Source of the DNA: an uncultured Polaribacter sp.
GTDB taxonomy: Bacteria; Bacteroidota; Bacteroidia; Flavobacteriales; Flavobacteriaceae
Direction: 5' to 3'
Assembly (NCBI GenBank): GCA_964565055.1
Contig: CAZMDC010000011.1
Location: forward strand, 5,103 to 69,102
DNA: 64,000 nucleotides
Shown: positions 60,158 to 64,000 of the stretch, in pieces
Layout of the letters: each line of letters begins with the position of its first letter
How positions within the stretch are numbered: position 1 is the first letter of the stretch
Notes under the pieces: generated by a model
Seen by the model: the letters and a program-made list of their open reading frames with translations, nothing else
Database searches by the model: none
What the model was told of the DNA's origin: nothing
Position numbers and translations under genes: made by a program

Positions 60158-60613
60158 ATGTTTTCTACTTTAGGTTACTTTCATTTGGTGTTTTCTGTTA
60201 TTGCAATGATTACAGGTTTAATAGTAGTTTTTAATACAAAAGGCACTAAGTTTCATAAAAATATAGGCTATATTTATGTTATAAATATGTTATTACTAAA
60301 TATAAGTTCTTTTTTTATTTCAAACTTTAATGGGTTTAGTATTTTTCATTTTTTTGCAATTATTAGCTTAATAACTATTGTAGGAGGAATGTATCCTGTA
60401 TTAAAAAAATCAAAAAACTGGATCTATGCTCATTACTATTTTATGGCTTGGTCTGTAGTTGGGCTTTATTGTGCTTTTTGGTCAGAAGTAGGTACACGTT
60501 TTGTGAAAAATATGCAAGATTTCTGGTGGGCAGTTGCAATTGCAACTTTTCTAACTGCTTTTTTAGGCGCTTATTTTATCAATAAAAATGCAAAAAAATT
60601 AACAAGTAAATAA
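60158..60613 (+). CDS. 4-TM membrane protein of unknown function (DUF2306-like?)
   Basis: 151 aa with four hydrophobic helices and no soluble domain. It is wedged between the 2TM genes and the response regulator (gaps of 4 and 1 nt). Confidence 0.55.
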   Translation: MFSTLGYFHLVFSVIAMITGLIVVFNTKGTKFHKNIGYIYVINMLLLNISSFFISNFNGFSIFHFFAIISLITIVGGMYPVLKKSKNWIYAHYYFMAWSVVGLYCAFWSEVGTRFVKNMQDFWWAVAIATFLTAFLGAYFINKNAKKLTSK

Positions 60614-60614
60614 T

Positions 60615-61370
60615 ATGAATGTTATAATTATTGAAGACGAAAAACCTGCTGCAAGAAGGTTAAATAGGATGTTAGGAGCTTTAGATATTAAAGTACAACA
60701 AATGTTACATTCTGTAGAAGAATCTTTAAATTGGTTACAAAATAATGAACATCCAGATTTAATATTTTTAGATATCCAATTGTCTGATGGTTTGTCTTTT
60801 GAAATTTTTGAAGAAATTGAAGTAAAATCGGCCATAATTTTTACAACTGCTTATGATGAATATGCTCTTAAAGCTTTTAAATTAAATAGTATAGATTATT
60901 TACTAAAACCAATAGATGATGATGAATTAGCTGCTGCTGTGCATCAATTTAAAGAGCAACAACCTTCGCAATCTGATGTGCAAGTAAACTTAGATGATAT
61001 TCGAAAATTGTTGGTAAATCCTGTAGATCGTAAATTTAAAAAACGATTGTCTATAAAAGTTGGACAGCACATTAAAATTGTTCATATAAATGAAATTGAA
61101 TGTTTTTATAGTGAAAATAAAGCCACCTATATTCATACTTCAGAAAATAGAAATTACTTATTGGATAATTCATTAGAGAATTGGCAAGAACAACTTGATC
61201 CTGAGCAGTTTTTTAGAGTAAATAGAACTTTTATTGTTCATATTAATGCTATAAAAGATATTGTAGCATACTCAAACTCTCGTTTAAAATTGATTTTACA
61301 TTCTTACAACGAACAAGAAATTATTGTAAGTAGAGAGCGTGTAAAAGATTTTAAAAATTGGATTGATTAA
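60615..61370 (+). CDS. LytR/AlgR-family response regulator (REC + LytTR DNA-binding domain)
   Basis: REC domain (IIIEDEKPAARRL...LIFLDIQLSDG...TTAYDEYALKAF) and a LytTR domain (FFRVNRTFIVHINAIKDI). Confidence 0.92.
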   Translation: MNVIIIEDEKPAARRLNRMLGALDIKVQQMLHSVEESLNWLQNNEHPDLIFLDIQLSDGLSFEIFEEIEVKSAIIFTTAYDEYALKAFKLNSIDYLLKPIDDDELAAAVHQFKEQQPSQSDVQVNLDDIRKLLVNPVDRKFKKRLSIKVGQHIKIVHINEIECFYSENKATYIHTSENRNYLLDNSLENWQEQLDPEQFFRVNRTFIVHINAIKDIVAYSNSRLKLILHSYNEQEIIVSRERVKDFKNWID

Positions 61371-61417
61371 TATTCTTAACAATTATTTGTAAACTAATTT
61401 TTTTACTTGATTATAAT

Positions 61418-61457
61418 TCATAATATTGCATATTGTATACAATATGCAATATTATGA
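61418..61457. promoter_or_regulatory. 40-bp perfect palindrome containing a GntR-type core (TTGTATACAA); probable autoregulatory operator
   Basis: TCATAATATTGCATATTGTA|TACAATATGCAATATTATGA, read directly. It overlaps the probable ATG (61454) of the GntR gene. Confidence 0.6.
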
Positions 61458-62101
61458 TTGAAAGACACTCACTCAAAACTCAAATTATAGACACAATTTG
61501 GGAATTAATACTTAAGGGAGAAATTAAACCAAATGAACCTTTAAGGGAAATGCATTTGGCTAAACAGTTAAATATTAGCAGAACACCTTTAAGAGAAGCT
61601 TTACAGAAATTAGAATGGGAAAATATTGTAAAATCAGAACCTGGTAAAGGGTTTCGTCTATCAGGATTTTCTGTACAAGAAGTGAAAGAAATTTATCCTC
61701 TTAGGGCTAAGTTAGAATCTTATGCTTTAGAATTATCTGGAATACCTTCAGAAAAAAACATCCAAAAATTAATTCAATTAAACAATAAAATGTTAGCTGC
61801 AACAACTCCAGAATCTATTATTGAACTAGATGAACAATGGCATAATTTATTGATAGCAAACTGTAAAAACGGAAAGTTATTAGATATCATCCATATGTTA
61901 CATAAACAGTCTAAACGTTATGAATATGCTTACATGAATATGAAAAATAGAGTAGAAGTTTCTATTGATCAGCATAAACAAATAATAAATTATTTACAGG
62001 AAGGTAATATTACTAAAGCTGCAAAACTTTTTGCCGAAAATAATGCTGTAGGTATAAATACTTTGGTGGATTGGTTAGAGTCTAAAAACGATAAAATTTA
62101 A
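61433..62101 (+). CDS. GntR-family (FadR-like) transcriptional regulator; true start probably ATG 61454 (MIERHSLKT...)
   Basis: Winged HTH (LREMHLAKQLNISRTPLREALQKLEWENIVKSEPGKGFRL) and an all-helical FCD-like C-terminal domain. Confidence 0.88.
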   Translation: MYTICNIMIERHSLKTQIIDTIWELILKGEIKPNEPLREMHLAKQLNISRTPLREALQKLEWENIVKSEPGKGFRLSGFSVQEVKEIYPLRAKLESYALELSGIPSEKNIQKLIQLNNKMLAATTPESIIELDEQWHNLLIANCKNGKLLDIIHMLHKQSKRYEYAYMNMKNRVEVSIDQHKQIINYLQEGNITKAAKLFAENNAVGINTLVDWLESKNDKI

Positions 62102-62109
62102 TTTATAAT

Positions 62110-63594
62110 ATGAAAAAAATAATAGTTGCTTTAACAACTTTAATCATCTTAAGTTGCCAAAACTCAAACGAAAATAGAAAGCCAGAATTTAAAAAAGTTA
62201 TCAACTTAATTGATAAATATGCTAAAGAAACCCTTCATAAAAACAATATAAATACAATTGCATTGTCTGTTTATAAAAATGATAATTATTATCAGAATTA
62301 TTATGGAGAAATAGATAAAAATGTTGGTAATACTCCAAATGATAGCACATTGTTTGAAATTGCTTCTATTTCAAAAGTTTTTTTAGGATCTCTGGTAGCA
62401 AAAGCAGTTTTAGAAAATAAAATTACACTAAATGATGATATAAGAAAGTATTTAAAAGGCGATTATTCAAACTTAGAATACAAAGGAACACCAATAGTAA
62501 TAAAAAATTTATTGACTCATACACTTGGTTTTGAAACCAAAAATCCTAAAGGATTACAAGAGTTTAACAAAAAAGTTAGAAGTGGTTATTATGAAAAAAA
62601 TGATGAAGCCTATGACTATAATATCGATGATTTTTTACAAGAATTAAAATCTAGCAAGTTAGACAAAAAACCAGGTGACTTTTATGAATACAATTCAGTT
62701 GGGCCAGAATTATTGGCTTATATATTAGAACAAGTTTATGATGAGTCATATGAATCATTATTAAATAAGTTTTTTACAAGGTTAAACATGAAAAATACCT
62801 ATTTAAATGACTATTCTAAAATTAGAAATCATATTGCAAACAGTTATAAAGGTGATACACTTATGCCTTTAGAAAGAAACTCTTTGCTTGGTGGAACAGC
62901 AGGTATAGTAACAACTTTACCAGATTTATCTAAGTTTATGAAATTTCAACTAGATAATAATGATTCACTAATAGAAGAGTCTACCAAAAAAATATTTAAT
63001 AATAATGATGGAGATCAACTAGGATATCTTTGGGAAGTTGGAGAGGCAGAAGAAGAAGGTTTTTATTATACTAAAACTGGAACTTCTGGTGGTGTTCAAA
63101 GTGTAATTTTAATCTGTCCTGATAGTAATTATGGATTAATTTTAATAGTAAATAATACTTCAGAAAAAGCTTTTAATGATTGGGTTAACCTTTATTATAG
63201 TATAGAAGAAGAATTAATAAAATATCCAAAAGTGAATTTAGTTGCTCTTTTAGAAAAAGATTTACTCACTAACACAAAAGAATCAATTATAGAATATAAA
63301 AAACTCATTAGTAAAGACAATTTGTATTATACAAACGCAACAGATTTAAATAATTTAGGTTATCAATTACTAAAAGATGAGAAAAACAATGAAGCTATAG
63401 AAATATTTAAATTGTTAGTTTCAGAATTTTCAAATAATTTTAATGCATATGATAGTTTAGGTGAAGCATATTTTAGAAATAAAGATTATAAAAATGCTAT
63501 TATAAATTATAAAAAATCTTTAGAATTAAATTCTAATAATACAAATGCCAAAGAGTATATCCAGAAAATAAATGAAATAGAAAGTAAAAGCTAA
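62110..63594 (+). CDS. Serine hydrolase (beta-lactamase family) with a C-terminal TPR domain; probable lipoprotein
   Basis: Lipobox-like LILSC, S-x-K motif (ASISKVF), YxN-like YNSVG, and C-terminal TPR repeats (AYDSLGEAYFRNKDYKNAIINYKKSLELNSNN). Confidence 0.8.
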   Translation: MKKIIVALTTLIILSCQNSNENRKPEFKKVINLIDKYAKETLHKNNINTIALSVYKNDNYYQNYYGEIDKNVGNTPNDSTLFEIASISKVFLGSLVAKAVLENKITLNDDIRKYLKGDYSNLEYKGTPIVIKNLLTHTLGFETKNPKGLQEFNKKVRSGYYEKNDEAYDYNIDDFLQELKSSKLDKKPGDFYEYNSVGPELLAYILEQVYDESYESLLNKFFTRLNMKNTYLNDYSKIRNHIANSYKGDTLMPLERNSLLGGTAGIVTTLPDLSKFMKFQLDNNDSLIEESTKKIFNNNDGDQLGYLWEVGEAEEEGFYYTKTGTSGGVQSVILICPDSNYGLILIVNNTSEKAFNDWVNLYYSIEEELIKYPKVNLVALLEKDLLTNTKESIIEYKKLISKDNLYYTNATDLNNLGYQLLKDEKNNEAIEIFKLLVSEFSNNFNAYDSLGEAYFRNKDYKNAIINYKKSLELNSNNTNAKEYIQKINEIESKS

Positions 63595-63676
63595 AAACTA
63601 AAAATCTCTTTCAACAAAACTGCTTTTTTATTTTCTTACTATCAAACTTTACTTATTTTTATCAAAATTTATTTTA

Positions 63677-64000
63677 ATGAGTCAAAAAGAAGCGTTTTTT
63701 GAATACATAAAAGAAGGCTATAGTACTAAAGGCGATTTTATTGAGCTGGGTGCTGCAATGTTAGGTGAGGAAACTATTACCAATGCAATTGTAAAAGTAC
63801 CTTTAAAAACATTAAATAGACATGGCTTAATTGCTGGTGCAACTGGTACAGGTAAAACAAAAACGCTCCAGGTTTTAGCCGAAAATCTATCAGAAAAAGG
63901 TATTCCTGTTTTGTTAATGGATATTAAAGGTGATCTTTCTGGTTTAGCAAAAGCAAGTCCTGGACATCCAAAAATAGACGAACGTCATCAAAAAATTGGG
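63677..64000 (+). CDS. HerA-like/DUF853 P-loop ATPase, 5' fragment (runs off the window)
   Basis: [19 protein letters not shown] Walker A and [11 protein letters not shown], as in YjgR-type proteins. The ORF is open at the window end. Confidence 0.7.
   Translation, partial: MSQKEAFFEYIKEGYSTKGDFIELGAAMLGEETITNAIVKVPLKTLNRHGLIAGATGTGKTKTLQVLAENLSEKGIPVLLMDIKGDLSGLAKASPGHPKIDERHQKIG

Noticed and set aside
60599-60835. 78-aa - strand ORF across the junction of the membrane protein and LytTR genes
   Set aside because: It is antisense to two tightly coupled, motif-supported genes. The other short antisense or alternate-frame ORFs in the track (5126, 6126, 17089, 17662, 18529, 21128, 21632, 22135, 25402, 26808, 27028, 27499, 28630, 33010, 37640, 39184, 39366, 43187, 43640, 47419, 50411, 58130) were rejected on the same grounds.

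Overview
This is an AT-rich (~30% GC by eye) chromosomal segment that reads like core genome of a marine Flavobacteriaceae-type Bacteroidota. Supporting signs are a T9SS C-terminal sorting domain, TAnnTTTG -7 promoter boxes, no Shine-Dalgarno sequences and a zeaxanthin crt cluster. I count ~57 protein-coding genes, densely packed and mostly housekeeping: recG, pdhA plus E2, tsaD, tamB-like, pfkA, gap, ribB(A), lptF/G, lolA-like, ftsK, tpx, fumC and prfB. I saw no rRNA, tRNA, CRISPR array, transposase, integrase, phage or recognisable defence genes, so most of the window is ordinary. The best candidate for an uncharacterised system is a compact 9-gene operon at 56817-61370. It runs DUF2141-like protein, LytS-type histidine kinase with a fused C-terminal '2TM' module, four small ORFs made only of that module (six copies in total, two sub-classes), a 4-TM protein and a LytTR response regulator. 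It is preceded by a textbook LytTR-type site, two 9-bp direct repeats with a 12-bp spacer. Other points of interest: (1) a crtI-crtB-crtZ-crtY cluster headed by a MerR regulator with a cobalamin-type ExHxxG motif, divergent from an ECF sigma/membrane-protein pair, suggesting a light-control circuit; (2) a 40-bp perfect palindrome over the start of a GntR regulator gene; (3) two identical 30-nt terminator hairpins in inverted orientation flanking ~180 bp of non-coding DNA; (4) a DUF2721 gene broken by a frameshift at a T5 run; (5) a RibBA protein whose GTP cyclohydrolase II half has lost its zinc cysteines; (6) a secreted-peptidase island with tandem M1 paralogues; (7) prfB without the usual programmed frameshift. 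All functional calls rest on motif recognition by eye, and no database search was run.
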